From: Candidatus Bathyarchaeota archaeon
Lineage (GTDB): Archaea > Thermoproteota > Bathyarchaeia > 40CM-2-53-6
Assembly: GCA_963726255.1 (NCBI GenBank)
Contig: CAVSBL010000002.1
Coordinates: forward strand, 332,529-356,528
Direction: 5' to 3'
Length of the DNA stretch: 24,000 bases
The position numbers and the translations under genes are program-made. Below the pieces are notes generated by a model. The model searched no databases. It saw nothing but the letters and a program-made list of their open reading frames with translations, and was not told the origin of the DNA. Positions 13,156-22,597 of the stretch are shown here, in pieces (position 1 is the stretch's first letter; each line of letters opens with the position of its first letter).

Positions 13156-13174
13156 GTTTTGACTATTAAGTCAA
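13148..13174. promoter_or_regulatory. candidate operator: alternating half-sites AGTCA (13150-13154) / TGACT (13160-13164) / AGTCA (13169-13173), next to a TATA-like TTTATTAA on the minus strand (13150-13143)
   Basis: Read directly from AAAGTCACGTTTTGACTATTAAGTCAA. The arm pair TTGACT-ATTA-AGTCAA is a perfect 6+6 inverted repeat. The site lies 34-58 nt upstream of ATG 13116 of the HTH regulator and in the glmS-divergent intergenic region. Its function is inferred only. Confidence 0.3.
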
Positions 13175-13308
13175 TTTTTGCCCATTCGCAACATCTTTTC
13201 AGCGTGGGACCGGTCAATCATCGTCAATTCATCAAATGCCATGCACAGGAATGCTTATCACGCAAATTTAGACACCTCGGCGGAATCTCCTGCAAGTTGG
13301 TCACGTGA

Positions 13309-15132
13309 ATGTGTGGAATCTCAGCTGTGGTTTTGAAAAACGGCAACGTCGGGCCAATTCTTTACGATTCATTGAAACGGCTTGAGTACCGAGGGTACGA
13401 TTCCGTTGGTGAAGCCGCCATTAACGGCGGAACAATCGTTGTTAAGAAAGATAAGGGAAAGATCGACGAGGTGGAACAAACACTCCACATTAGTGATCTA
13501 ACCGGCCTCGTAGGGATAGGGCACACACGCTGGGCAACCCACGGAGCCCCCTCCAAAGAGAATGCCCACCCTCACACCGACTGCAAGGGTCAGGTTGCGG
13601 TCGTACATAATGGCATCATTGAGAACTTCATGACGCTGAGGCAAGAACTGGAAGCAGTCGGCCACGAGTTCAAATCTAGAACCGACACGGAAGTTGTTGC
13701 GCACCTCGTTGAAGAGAACCTGAAATCGGGAATGGGATTCGTCGAAGCGGTGAGGTCGGCAGCAAATCGATTAACGGGCGCGTACGCTCTGGCGTTCATA
13801 TGCTCTCTTGAACCTGACAAAGTTGTAGCCGTCAGAAGAGAGAGTCCTCTGGTCATCGGTACTGGAGCGGATGGAAACTACTGTGCCTCGGATGTTCCCG
13901 CCTTCCTTTCAAGAACTAAACTTGCAATCCATCTCGAGGAGAATGAGATGGCTGTCCTGACAGCAGACCATGTGACCCTGTACAAGGTTGACACTGGGGA
14001 GGAAATATCCCGAGAGCCCTTCAAAGTGGATTGGAGTGTTGAAACCGCCCTCAAGACTGGCTACCCACATTTCATGCTCAAGGAAATCCATGAACAGCCA
14101 CTCAGCGTGCGTAACGCCCTCAGAACCCACCCTATTTACCTCGAACTGATGGCTTCTGCGATCAATCGCGCGAAGAAAGTCTTCTTACTGGCCTGCGGGA
14201 CCTCCTACCATGCATGCTTGGCCGCGGCCTACGCTTTTTCTAATCTTGCCAAAGTTGAGGTTACACCGGTCGTTGCTTCGGAATTCATAGACGGCTTCGG
14301 CGCCCTTGTTGACTCGGATACTGTTGTTCTAGCGGTAAGTCAATCCGGCGAAACAACAGACACACTCAGCGCTGTCAGAGGCGCAAAGGACAGGGGCGCA
14401 ACGGTGCTCGGAATCAGTAACGTAATGGGCTCTACGCTGACTAGGCTTTCAGACGTTTACATAGGGCAAAATTCAGGGCCCGAAATGGGCGTAGCAGCGA
14501 CAAAAACCTTCACGGCACAGGTCTCAATTCTAGCAAAACTTGCCCTGGCCCTGGCCAAGAAACGGGAAGTGATTCCGAAGAGCCAATCTGAGCTATTGGA
14601 AAATGGCTTCAACCAACTGCCGGACTGGATTTCCACGTTCCTTTCCACTCAAGAGCGTCACGTCAAGCGCATTGCTGAGAAATATTTGGACAGGAGGAGC
14701 TTTTGTTTTCTTGGCAGGGGGATGAGTGTTGCAACAGCACTTGAGGGACGCCTGAAACTTCTCGAACTCTCATACCTTCCCGCAATCGCGTATCCTGCAG
14801 GGGAATCAAAGCATGGCTTCATCTCAGTCGTGGAAGAGGGCTATCCGGTCATCTTCGTCGCCCCGAAAGATGAAGTCTATTCGAAGATTATCGGCAATGT
14901 TATGGAGATGAAGGCGCGCGGAGCGAAGGTTATCGGAGTGATCGAAGAAGAGGACGGGGAAATATCCACTCTCTCCGACGAAAAGATAACCCTTCCACCA
15001 GGAATTCCGTCGCCCCTCACGCCAATCGTATACATTTTGCCACTTCAGCTGTTTGCGTACTATGTGGCTGTGGGAAAAGGTTACGATCCGGACTTTCCGA
15101 GAAATCTTGCGAAATCGGTTACGGTGCACTGA
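13309..15132 (+). CDS. glmS: glutamine--fructose-6-phosphate aminotransferase (isomerising)
   Basis: 607 aa. The N-terminal MCGI nucleophile marks a class II amidotransferase. Other motifs are GIGHTRWATHG, two SIS domains (ACGTSYHA, SQSGETTDT), and the C-terminal LAKSVTVH. Confidence 0.95.
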   Translation: MCGISAVVLKNGNVGPILYDSLKRLEYRGYDSVGEAAINGGTIVVKKDKGKIDEVEQTLHISDLTGLVGIGHTRWATHGAPSKENAHPHTDCKGQVAVVHNGIIENFMTLRQELEAVGHEFKSRTDTEVVAHLVEENLKSGMGFVEAVRSAANRLTGAYALAFICSLEPDKVVAVRRESPLVIGTGADGNYCASDVPAFLSRTKLAIHLEENEMAVLTADHVTLYKVDTGEEISREPFKVDWSVETALKTGYPHFMLKEIHEQPLSVRNALRTHPIYLELMASAINRAKKVFLLACGTSYHACLAAAYAFSNLAKVEVTPVVASEFIDGFGALVDSDTVVLAVSQSGETTDTLSAVRGAKDRGATVLGISNVMGSTLTRLSDVYIGQNSGPEMGVAATKTFTAQVSILAKLALALAKKREVIPKSQSELLENGFNQLPDWISTFLSTQERHVKRIAEKYLDRRSFCFLGRGMSVATALEGRLKLLELSYLPAIAYPAGESKHGFISVVEEGYPVIFVAPKDEVYSKIIGNVMEMKARGAKVIGVIEEEDGEISTLSDEKITLPPGIPSPLTPIVYILPLQLFAYYVAVGKGYDPDFPRNLAKSVTVH

Positions 15133-15147
15133 TTCCCTGAAACCAAC

Positions 15148-15567
15148 GTGGTTCGCAGTCCAACTCGAGACCGGAGACCTCCGTTCTTCTTGCCAGAACG
15201 CGACAACCCTGTAAGTGTGACTCTTGCGGAGGCCCTATCAATCGTCAAGCGAGCCATCCAAGCGGCGGCAGCTGAAGACCCTGCGACCTATACGTTTCTC
15301 CTCTGGAAGTCCGCGGCGGAAGCAGAGTACGCCGCGTTCCAACTCTCAATGACACAGGGTTTGAGCGACTTCAACCCTAGCAGCAACCATGACGAAACCG
15401 ATGCTGAACCAACCGCGGAGGCAGCTCATGAGCTTCTTTCGTACGCCCAATCGTGCCTTAAGTCCAAACCCCGCGACGCTTATTTCACCATTAGAAACGC
15501 TGTGACGATTCTTCGGAAGATGTCTGTGGCAGCCGAAAATCTATCAAAGGGCGCGTCCAGAAAGTAG
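15148..15567 (+). CDS. hypothetical protein (Ala/Glu-rich, helical)
   Basis: 139 aa ORF with a GTG start 16 nt after glmS. Composition is protein-like from about VSVTLAEALSIVKRAIQAAAAE onward. No family was recognised and the start is uncertain. Confidence 0.4.
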   Translation: MVRSPTRDRRPPFFLPERDNPVSVTLAEALSIVKRAIQAAAAEDPATYTFLLWKSAAEAEYAAFQLSMTQGLSDFNPSSNHDETDAEPTAEAAHELLSYAQSCLKSKPRDAYFTIRNAVTILRKMSVAAENLSKGASRK

Positions 15568-15693
15568 AGATTAACAAACTGAGTTGTGTCGGCCTCTCAG
15601 TCTCGCAGGAATTCTCTGCGTTATGGATACTCTGAGGCTTAGTTTTGAGTACTCGTAAATTAGTAGAAACTCTATTATAAGTAGGTTCGAAGT

Positions 15694-16392
15694 GTGGCAC
15701 GAACAAACTTGGTCGAACGAACGTCAGCACAGAAGTTGACCGTTACCCTCGCCGGGGCGGCAGTCTTCGCGGCGATTTCAGCGATTTTGACCCTTGCGAA
15801 GGCGTCGGTGCCGTTCCCATTAATTCCCTACCTCCAAGTAGACTTCTCCGAGATCCCCATTCAAATGGCCTTCTTCCTCTTCGGTCCTTTCGCCGGCGCA
15901 ATTACCGCAGTCATTCAATGGATATTTCTAAACGAAACCGGGGGCGACGCGCCCCTCGGCCCCGCGATAAAATTCGCCGCGGTCATATCGACCCTCGGAG
16001 GCTTCTGGCTGGGCGGCGAGGTATCTCGCCGAATCAAGGGGAGTTCGGCCCATCCCTCACTTGCTTTTTCATTGATACTTGGTAGTGGTACTCTCTTGCG
16101 CGTAGCTGCGATGACCGTCGTCAACTACGCGGTCTTAGTATACATTGGGCCAGTTTTCTTTGGCGCAAACTACCTAGCCTTTGCGAAAGTAACGCTGGAG
16201 AAGTCGACGGGGTGGACGTTCCCAAGCGATGCTATGGTTCTAACTTACACGCTAATTTTTACCGCTCTGTATAATGTTGTGAACCTTCTCGTGGCGGCAA
16301 TCCCTGCCGGCTTAATTGTTTCCCCGATTGCGAAATCGTTCAGACACATTACTTCGGGTGAGACTTGGCTGGCTCGAAATACGCACTCGTGA
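15694..16392 (+). CDS. polytopic membrane protein resembling an ECF-transporter S component (RibU-like)
   Basis: 232 aa with 5-6 hydrophobic helices. The segment PYLQVDFSEIPIQMAFFLFGPFAGAITAVIQ resembles the conserved helix1-loop-helix2 region of ECF S components as I remember it. No ECF A/T genes are nearby. A TATA-like TATTATAA lies at about 15674-15681. Confidence 0.5.
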   Translation: MARTNLVERTSAQKLTVTLAGAAVFAAISAILTLAKASVPFPLIPYLQVDFSEIPIQMAFFLFGPFAGAITAVIQWIFLNETGGDAPLGPAIKFAAVISTLGGFWLGGEVSRRIKGSSAHPSLAFSLILGSGTLLRVAAMTVVNYAVLVYIGPVFFGANYLAFAKVTLEKSTGWTFPSDAMVLTYTLIFTALYNVVNLLVAAIPAGLIVSPIAKSFRHITSGETWLARNTHS

Positions 16393-16429
16393 GAGCTGTG
16401 GAGTAGTTTCTCCACATCTCTGCAGCACG

Positions 16430-17686
16430 TTAGAGTATTACGATGTTCTCGCGTTTGGGGCCCACGGACACGTACTGGATCGGCACCTTCGCCAGTTCCT
16501 CGATTCGCTTGAGGTATGCCTGGGCTGCTTTTGGTAGGTCATTCCACTTTCGTGCGCCTGTTGTGGGTTTCTTCCACCCCGCCCATTCCTCGTAGACGGG
16601 TTGCACTCTTCCCAAGTCAACGGTGTCTGGCATTTCCGTGATTTCTTTCCCATCCAAGCGATAGGCAATGCAGACCTTCATGCTTTCTAAGGAATCTAGC
16701 ACGTCAAGCTTCGTGACTGCAAGGCTCGTCAAACCATTTAATGATGCAGCATAACGGACAATCACGCTATCTAACCAGCCACACCGCCTAGGCCGTTTGG
16801 TCGTGGCACCGTATTCTTCACCGATTTCGCGCAGGCGTTCTCCATCCTTGTCAAAGAGTTCTGTAGGGAATGGGCCGCCTCCAACGGCAGTCGTGTACGC
16901 TTTCACAACACCGATGATGTTTTCGATTGAACGGGGCGACACGCCAGCGCCGGCGCAAGCGCCCCCAGCCGTGGGTGATGACGCGGTGCTGTACGGGTAG
17001 ATTCCCCAGTCAAGGTCGCGCATCGCACCCAATTGGCCTTCGAGCAAGACCTTCTTGCCTTCGGCCAGTGCCTTGTCTAGAATTGGCCGAGAGTCAACAA
17101 TTCTCGCGCCCAATCTGGCGCCCCAATCCCTAGCTTGCTGTATCAGATCCTCCGCCCGCAGAGGCGCCAAGCCGTAAAATCCCAACTCGTGGTTCTTGAG
17201 AGGAAGAACCGACTTCAACCTGGTTTGTAGGAAGTCAACGTGGAGGAGGTCCCCTATTCGGATGCCTCGGTAGGCCGCTTTATCGCCATAAACGGGCCCT
17301 ATGCCCCGGCGCGTCGTCCCCAGGCCGCCTTTCCGTTCTCCCGCCCCGTCGAGAAGCCGGTGGTACGGCCAGACAATGTGCGCCCTCCTGTCGATCCACA
17401 GGTTGTCGGTCTTGACTCCAGCTTTCTCCAATGTTGCGATTTCGTCGAGCAAGGAGTCTGGGTCGATCACGGCCCCTGCCCCGTTGATGCAAACAACTTG
17501 AGGGTAGAAGATGCCGGACGGAATCAAGTGAAGCTTGAATGTACCGTAATCATTTACGACAGTATGCCCCGCATTGTTGCCGCCCTGAAACCTGACAACA
17601 AAATCCGCTTTGGCGGCGAGATAATCTATAATTCGGCCCTTTCCTTCGTCGCCGAATTGCGCTCCGACAACTACAGTGCACGCCAC
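16430..17686 (-). CDS. purA: adenylosuccinate synthase
   Basis: 418 aa. Motifs include the P-loop GAQFGDEGKGRIIDYL, plus GGNNAGHT, TTRRGIGPVY and KRPRRCGWLD. Confidence 0.95.
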   Translation of the reverse strand: MACTVVVGAQFGDEGKGRIIDYLAAKADFVVRFQGGNNAGHTVVNDYGTFKLHLIPSGIFYPQVVCINGAGAVIDPDSLLDEIATLEKAGVKTDNLWIDRRAHIVWPYHRLLDGAGERKGGLGTTRRGIGPVYGDKAAYRGIRIGDLLHVDFLQTRLKSVLPLKNHELGFYGLAPLRAEDLIQQARDWGARLGARIVDSRPILDKALAEGKKVLLEGQLGAMRDLDWGIYPYSTASSPTAGGACAGAGVSPRSIENIIGVVKAYTTAVGGGPFPTELFDKDGERLREIGEEYGATTKRPRRCGWLDSVIVRYAASLNGLTSLAVTKLDVLDSLESMKVCIAYRLDGKEITEMPDTVDLGRVQPVYEEWAGWKKPTTGARKWNDLPKAAQAYLKRIEELAKVPIQYVSVGPKRENIVIL

Positions 17687-17848
17687 ACAGTGTCCCCCTC
17701 ACTGGGGCAGAAGACTGAATTTAAGCTTTGACAGCAATTCACGAGGGCGATAGCTTGCGGCACGGGAGACCTGCTGTTTAGGTCCGAGGGGAGAGAATGG
17801 ATTTCAGTCTGGTCGTCGAATGTCGAAGGGTGTCGTTTCTCACGCGCC

Positions 17849-18130
17849 CTATTCTGTACTCGTTGTGAGTTGAGAGGCATCTCTAGAAAACCCCCATTCT
17901 TGTTCATTCAGTCGAGCAGAATCACTTAGTTGCCGCTTCCTATTCACGAGGAATGCTGCTACTAGAAATATGGGCGAGAGCACAATGGCTGCAACACCAA
18001 GATAAAACGATGTCTTATCGGTCGTCGGATAAATGGCCAAGATCGTGATTCCGCCTCCAACAATCAACCCTATGACGATCACTCCCACTATGAAGCCTGT
18101 GTTTCCTGGCAGACGTTGTTCTTGGTTCAT
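17849..18130 (-). CDS. small hypothetical membrane protein (2 TM)
   Basis: 93 aa with two hydrophobic helices (GFIVGVIVIGLIVGGGITILAIY, FYLGVAAIVLSPIFLVAAFLV). A TATA-like element (minus strand GTATAAA, plus strand 18165-18171) lies about 40 nt upstream. No family was recognised. Confidence 0.45.
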   Translation of the reverse strand: MNQEQRLPGNTGFIVGVIVIGLIVGGGITILAIYPTTDKTSFYLGVAAIVLSPIFLVAAFLVNRKRQLSDSARLNEQEWGFSRDASQLTTSTE

Positions 18131-18546
18131 GAGCGGTCGTGTGCTCAGCCGAAATCGCAGCTCTGTTTATACTGATATCGGTCGACTACGAATTGGCATC
18201 CTTATTTCGGTGAGAAAGGAGCACTGCCGTACTGGGTCGTAGTCACAGGATGTAGAAGAAACTACTGGTATGTCAATAATTCCCTAGGAAACTTGCCTAA
18301 CACAAGACTCGATCGTGGAGTGCTAGAGGACGACTTGGACGATCAGTGAACTCGATGCGCTGTAATTGTCCGTGGGCCGATGGGGCAAAGATGAACCGAA
18401 CGCAGATTTCAGGGACACATTCGAAAGAAACTTCGTTTATACCTCAAACATTGTTCTTAATTGATAGTTTCCACAGCCAAAGTGGTATCCTGAGGAAAGA
18501 GACTAACGTGAAAACCCATACTACACCGTCCTTGGATTGAGCTGAA

Positions 18547-19086
18547 ATGACCTCATTCGCCAAACGCGGTACATCAGAAAACAATTCTGCGCGGGGCTTC
18601 GGCGTCGTACTAAACGTGTCGAACCTCACCGTAAAGTCCGATCACAAGATGCCTGCTAGGAAGGATCACTCGGAATTAGGAGGCATATTGATATTCATAG
18701 GTGGAATCATGGCTTTGATTTTTCCAGTTTTTCCACTCAGTCTAACGCTACTGATGCGTCAGGATTTAGGAGAATGGTTTGAGAATGTTGGCGTATGGAT
18801 TACCGGAAGTGGGGGCGCCCTTGCAATACCACACCTGCCAGCGTTTGTCGTAGTATTCGTAGCTGTGGGCGCTATTGCTACGGTACTCTTTGGAATAATC
18901 GCTGTGTCAGCATACACATGGGTTAGGCGCGGAGAGGTTAGGGAAGGAGGTTTGGTTGCAATCATGGCTGGGACGGCAATGATTGCAAGCTTGCACTGGA
19001 TTCCAGGCATCATAACTGTATTTGGGGGAGTCCTCTGCTACAACTCAAATCAACATGCCGAAAACCGTGGTACGACCAGCTCTTAG
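18547..19086 (+). CDS. hypothetical membrane protein (about 4 TM)
   Basis: 179 aa. An alternative start at ATG 18649 (MPARKDHSELGG...) sits just before the first TM helix. The body is hydrophobic and Gly/Ala-rich. No family was recognised. Confidence 0.5.
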   Translation: MTSFAKRGTSENNSARGFGVVLNVSNLTVKSDHKMPARKDHSELGGILIFIGGIMALIFPVFPLSLTLLMRQDLGEWFENVGVWITGSGGALAIPHLPAFVVVFVAVGAIATVLFGIIAVSAYTWVRRGEVREGGLVAIMAGTAMIASLHWIPGIITVFGGVLCYNSNQHAENRGTTSS

Positions 19087-19111
19087 AAAATCCGTTAAAC
19101 ATCTACTGTCT

Positions 19112-19663
19112 CTAGTTTCTGCAATCCTGGTCGAGCCACTGACCATCAACCTTCCTCAACCGGGCTGCGTAATTTCCGCACTCCTCGCAGAACCCAGCGA
19201 GGGTCACCTCTTGAGGCTCGTTAGGAGTCATTCTCGCTTCTAGTTTCGTTCGTTCTCTAATCAAGAAGTGCAGTTCGGGTTCGACACGGATTATGTCTGA
19301 CTCTGCGATTATACCCACTGTCTGATGGGCCCTCTCAACTAAGAGTCTGCGTATGCTATGCTCAGCCATCTTCTTCGCAGCTTCCTCAACAGGGGCATCC
19401 TCTCCAATCGTTATCAGTGGAGAACTCAACACTTCGCTAACTCTGACCTTCGTTGCATCCAACCCTTTGGATACGACTCTCGTAATCAAGTCGCGATCGG
19501 TAATTATTCCAACAAGCTCTCCTTGACGTTTCACTAGAACTGACGATATGCCCTTTTCATCCATCAGCCTAGCTGCCTGTATTACGGTCTCCTCCGAATC
19601 CACAGAAACGAGACCCCCCGTCATCAACTCCCTCACTTTCACAACAACTTCCTCTCGTTCCAA
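19112..19663 (-). CDS. CBS-pair domain protein with degenerate C-terminal zinc ribbon
   Basis: 183 aa. The CBS repeats are VRELMTGGLVSV...ISSVLV...GIITDRDLITRV and VSEVLSSPLITI...RRLLV...GIIAESDIIRV. The tail is FCEECGNY...GQWLDQDC. The architecture matches 2011..2589, but the second CxxC is reduced to a single Cys. Confidence 0.8.
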   Translation of the reverse strand: MEREEVVVKVRELMTGGLVSVDSEETVIQAARLMDEKGISSVLVKRQGELVGIITDRDLITRVVSKGLDATKVRVSEVLSSPLITIGEDAPVEEAAKKMAEHSIRRLLVERAHQTVGIIAESDIIRVEPELHFLIRERTKLEARMTPNEPQEVTLAGFCEECGNYAARLRKVDGQWLDQDCRN

Positions 19664-20106
19664 AACTCGTCTCCCTCCAGATCCTCACCAAGATGAAATC
19701 GTACTGGTGTTCGCTAAGAAATAAAGCGTCTGGCGGTATAGTGAACGCGGAGCTGGATGGAACAGTTCCGAGACATACGACCGTCACACCCGTACAGTTG
19801 TCTGAACAGTTTCCTATGGGGGTACCGCAATGCACACGAGAAAACTAATCTTGCTAGCCCGCACTAATTCACTTCCAGAACTAAGGTGTTTCACATTTTT
19901 ATCGCGAGTGCCCTATAGTAACCTCTCAACGTCTGGGCCACTTATTCGCCTGCAAATCCTACTTCAGTTCGTGAACCCGAGATCCTGTTGGGCTTCTTAA
20001 TCACCTGCTTGAGAAAGAAGTCGTATCTGACAGAGTTTAGATTCCGGAGGATTCATCTGTCTTCGCTCTTGCGCTTTTAAGCTAGCTAAACTTCCTAAGG
20101 TACTCG

Positions 20107-21429
20107 TTGATTTCCGTGGGCAAAAACAAGATCAGCACCTCAGCCGCGACAGCGGTGGGACTCGGAGCAATCATAGGCGCTGGGATTTTCACGTTGAGTG
20201 GCACGGCCATTGCGCTCGCTGGAGTCTGGTCGCTCTTTTCGTTCGTTCTGGTCGGATTCGTGGCTATCGTAGTTGCTCTCGAGATAGGCGAACTTTGTTC
20301 CATGTTTCCGAACGCGAATGGCGCCAGCTACTCCTATGCCTATGAGGCATTCGGTAGCGAACTAGGCTTCATCACGGGGGTGCTATTGTACTTCAGCTTC
20401 GCGAGCTCAATCTCTGTTGTTGCGCTTGGTTTCGGAGCCTATCTTTCCAATCTTCTCGGGCTCTCGCCGGATACGTATGGTTCCTACTTGGCTATTGTCA
20501 TAATCGCAGTACTGAGTGCTTTCAACCTCCAGGGGATAAAGAAAGCCGCTAGAGCCGACCTCGGATTAGTCATGATAAAGCTAGCCATATTGATAACGTT
20601 CATTGCTTTCGCGATGTTCTCACTCCACCACCAAACTCTCTCCAGTATCTCTTCAGCGCCCCCTCCGGTGAATGGATACGCCGCGATTTTCAGTGCGAGT
20701 GTAGTCATTTTCTTCGCCTACTCCGGCTTCCAGTCAATTAGCACATTTGCTTCAGACGTGGAGGGTGGAGCGAGGTCTGCGGCAAAGGCGATCCTCGCTG
20801 CTGTAGTTATCAGCATGCTACTCTATGTCTTTGTGGATTTAGCTCTCATACTCATTGTCCCTGTGAACAAATTCTCAATCAACGCTGACCCGCTTTCTTT
20901 CGCCTTGACCGAATCACACGCACCCGGCTATCTGTCCATTGTTGTGGACCTCGGCGCTCTGATTGCCACCGCATCGGCCACGCTGGCCATGATTCTGAGC
21001 TCTTCTCGCATACTCTACCAGATTAGCACTGACGGACTACTTCCGAAGCTCCTGCGGAATTACAATGCTAATAGAGACGTGGCAAGGAATGGGATTCTCG
21101 TATCTGCCTTCATTGCGGTTGTAATGCTTTATTCGGGCAACATCTATGTGATGGCCGCGATAAGCAATTATGGATTACTCTTCTCGTACTTAATGGTCAG
21201 TTTCGCACTCATCCATTTTCGCAGACACGGGAGAGGAGGCTCCTTCCGCGTCCCCATGTATCCTTACCTGCCCGTCCTCGCAATCGTCGTGCTACTCTCA
21301 TTCATACTCGGACTGCCGAATGAGGCATTGGTCGTAGGAACCATCATGACAATCGGTCTCCTCATGGCTTATTATTTCTTGAAAGAGGTGGAAGAGAAAG
21401 GTCCGGTAATGGTAAGATTGTTCGAATGA
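20107..21429 (+). CDS. APC-superfamily amino acid/polyamine permease
   Basis: 440 aa with about 12 TM helices. The N-terminal signature is AVGLGAIIGAGIFTLSG, and FAYSGFQS lies mid-protein. The start is TTG. A TATA-like CTTTTAAG lies about 28 nt upstream. Confidence 0.85.
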   Translation: MISVGKNKISTSAATAVGLGAIIGAGIFTLSGTAIALAGVWSLFSFVLVGFVAIVVALEIGELCSMFPNANGASYSYAYEAFGSELGFITGVLLYFSFASSISVVALGFGAYLSNLLGLSPDTYGSYLAIVIIAVLSAFNLQGIKKAARADLGLVMIKLAILITFIAFAMFSLHHQTLSSISSAPPPVNGYAAIFSASVVIFFAYSGFQSISTFASDVEGGARSAAKAILAAVVISMLLYVFVDLALILIVPVNKFSINADPLSFALTESHAPGYLSIVVDLGALIATASATLAMILSSSRILYQISTDGLLPKLLRNYNANRDVARNGILVSAFIAVVMLYSGNIYVMAAISNYGLLFSYLMVSFALIHFRRHGRGGSFRVPMYPYLPVLAIVVLLSFILGLPNEALVVGTIMTIGLLMAYYFLKEVEEKGPVMVRLFE

Positions 21430-21477
21430 TGCCTCCAAACTCATCAGCAAGAGCTGAAGGCGAGTTGTATTCTCTTC

Positions 21478-21524
21478 TCTTTTTCTACGTCGTTTTCCGG
21501 CAAATACAGTTCCTTCGGCGTTTT
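21478..21524. terminator. oligo-T tracts in the 96-nt gap between convergent genes
   Basis: The sequence CTCTTTTTCT ... CGTTTTCC ... GCGTTTTGT has T5, T4 and T4 runs at 21480-21484, 21493-21496 and 21521-21524. These lie on the plus strand downstream of the permease stop (21429). Archaeal termination commonly uses oligo-T, but the function here is inferred. Confidence 0.3.
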
Positions 21525-21525
21525 G

Positions 21526-21921
21526 TCAGATAATTACATCAAGCGCCATTTGGGTTAGATATGATGGTCTAAACAACAAGAAACTGTGTCCCAGAGGGAT
21601 GAAACGCATTCGATTACACACGAGTTGATTCCAGTCTTCCCGACGCCAATTCAAATAGAAAATGGATATCAATGCAACTATCCCTGCGACTAGAACTATC
21701 TCCAACACGTCGCTGAACATCTCGGCCGTAGCTTCCGTGCCAAACAAATTCTGTACGTCGAGCAGTTTCCCTAAAGTAAATACTATGAGTGAGATCATCG
21801 CGATTTGAACAGGCTTGTTTATTATGTCTCTTCTCGAGATCCAGAACACCCACCCGCATGCAAGAGCTGCCGCGGTCGCGAACAGAACACCGATTATGTC
21901 CAAGCCCGTCTCCACGAACAC
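21526..21921 (-). CDS. hypothetical membrane protein (3 TM)
   Basis: 131 aa with three hydrophobic helices (IIGVLFATAAALACGWVFWI, VQIAMISLIVFTLGKLL, VLEIVLVAGIVALISIFYL). No family was recognised. Confidence 0.5.
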   Translation of the reverse strand: MFVETGLDIIGVLFATAAALACGWVFWISRRDIINKPVQIAMISLIVFTLGKLLDVQNLFGTEATAEMFSDVLEIVLVAGIVALISIFYLNWRREDWNQLVCNRMRFIPLGHSFLLFRPSYLTQMALDVII

Positions 21922-22031
21922 TGCCTCTATCTCACCGCATCACGCAGGATTCAAGAAACCTAAGAGTATTTGATAAGGGGGATGTACACAAGGCTGAGGA
22001 TATCAGCCAGAGAAGGGGCGCGAACGGACCT

Positions 22032-22526
22032 ATGGAGAGCGAGACAAGCAGAAACATGCGAACTTCGGGTGGTGCGGCGTTCGCCAAGATCTTGGCAGCG
22101 GTCGATGGTTCGAAAAACGCTGACCGAGCAGCCAAGATTGCTGTTAAGCTAGCCAAGCGTAATGCAGCAGAATTGACTGTCATCTCCGTGGTTTCGAGAC
22201 CGAGCTACCTCTTTGCGCCTGTATCCGGCGCCGGCGTACCGCCGATGGGTCTGGGTGACTACTATAATTATGCGAGCAGGGATGCTGAGGCGTGGGTCAA
22301 TGAAGCAGTCTTCTCAGCTAAAGCTCGGGGTGTTGCAGCGAAGGGGCGCGTCTTGAAAGCTGGTTCATCCGTTGTCAAATCGATAACGGATTACGCTCAA
22401 GAGCAGGAAGTGGATCTTATTGTCTTGGGAACTCGGGGTTTGGGCGGTTTCAATAGGCTTCTTCTAGGCAGTGTATCGAGCGGAGTTGTTGCCCATGCAG
22501 GTTGCTCTGTCTTAGTTGTCAGATAG
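22032..22526 (+). CDS. universal stress protein (UspA family)
   Basis: The ORF track gives 21789..22526, but its first 81 codons overlap the divergent membrane gene and are Arg/Ser-rich. From ATG 22032 the sequence is a typical 164 aa USP: KILAAVDGS, DLIVLGTRGLGGFNRLLLGSVSSGVVAHAGCSVLVV. Confidence 0.85.
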   Translation: MESETSRNMRTSGGAAFAKILAAVDGSKNADRAAKIAVKLAKRNAAELTVISVVSRPSYLFAPVSGAGVPPMGLGDYYNYASRDAEAWVNEAVFSAKARGVAAKGRVLKAGSSVVKSITDYAQEQEVDLIVLGTRGLGGFNRLLLGSVSSGVVAHAGCSVLVVR

Positions 22527-22597
22527 GCCGGCAAGACAGGATGGCATGTCATGACCGTTCAAGATTCAAGCAAAGACGCAGGTGACTGGTGAGTTTA

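Noticed and set aside
13156-13308. Possible glmS ribozyme/riboswitch upstream of glmS
   Set aside because: The glmS ribozyme is a bacterial (mainly Gram-positive) element. The leader available here is at most about 150 nt and is shared with a divergent promoter, and I see no extended pseudoknotted structure. An Rfam scan would settle it.
21789-22031. Long N-terminal extension of the USP ORF
   Set aside because: It overlaps the divergent membrane gene 21526..21921 and is Arg/Ser/Pro-rich. The USP fold begins shortly after Met at 22032.
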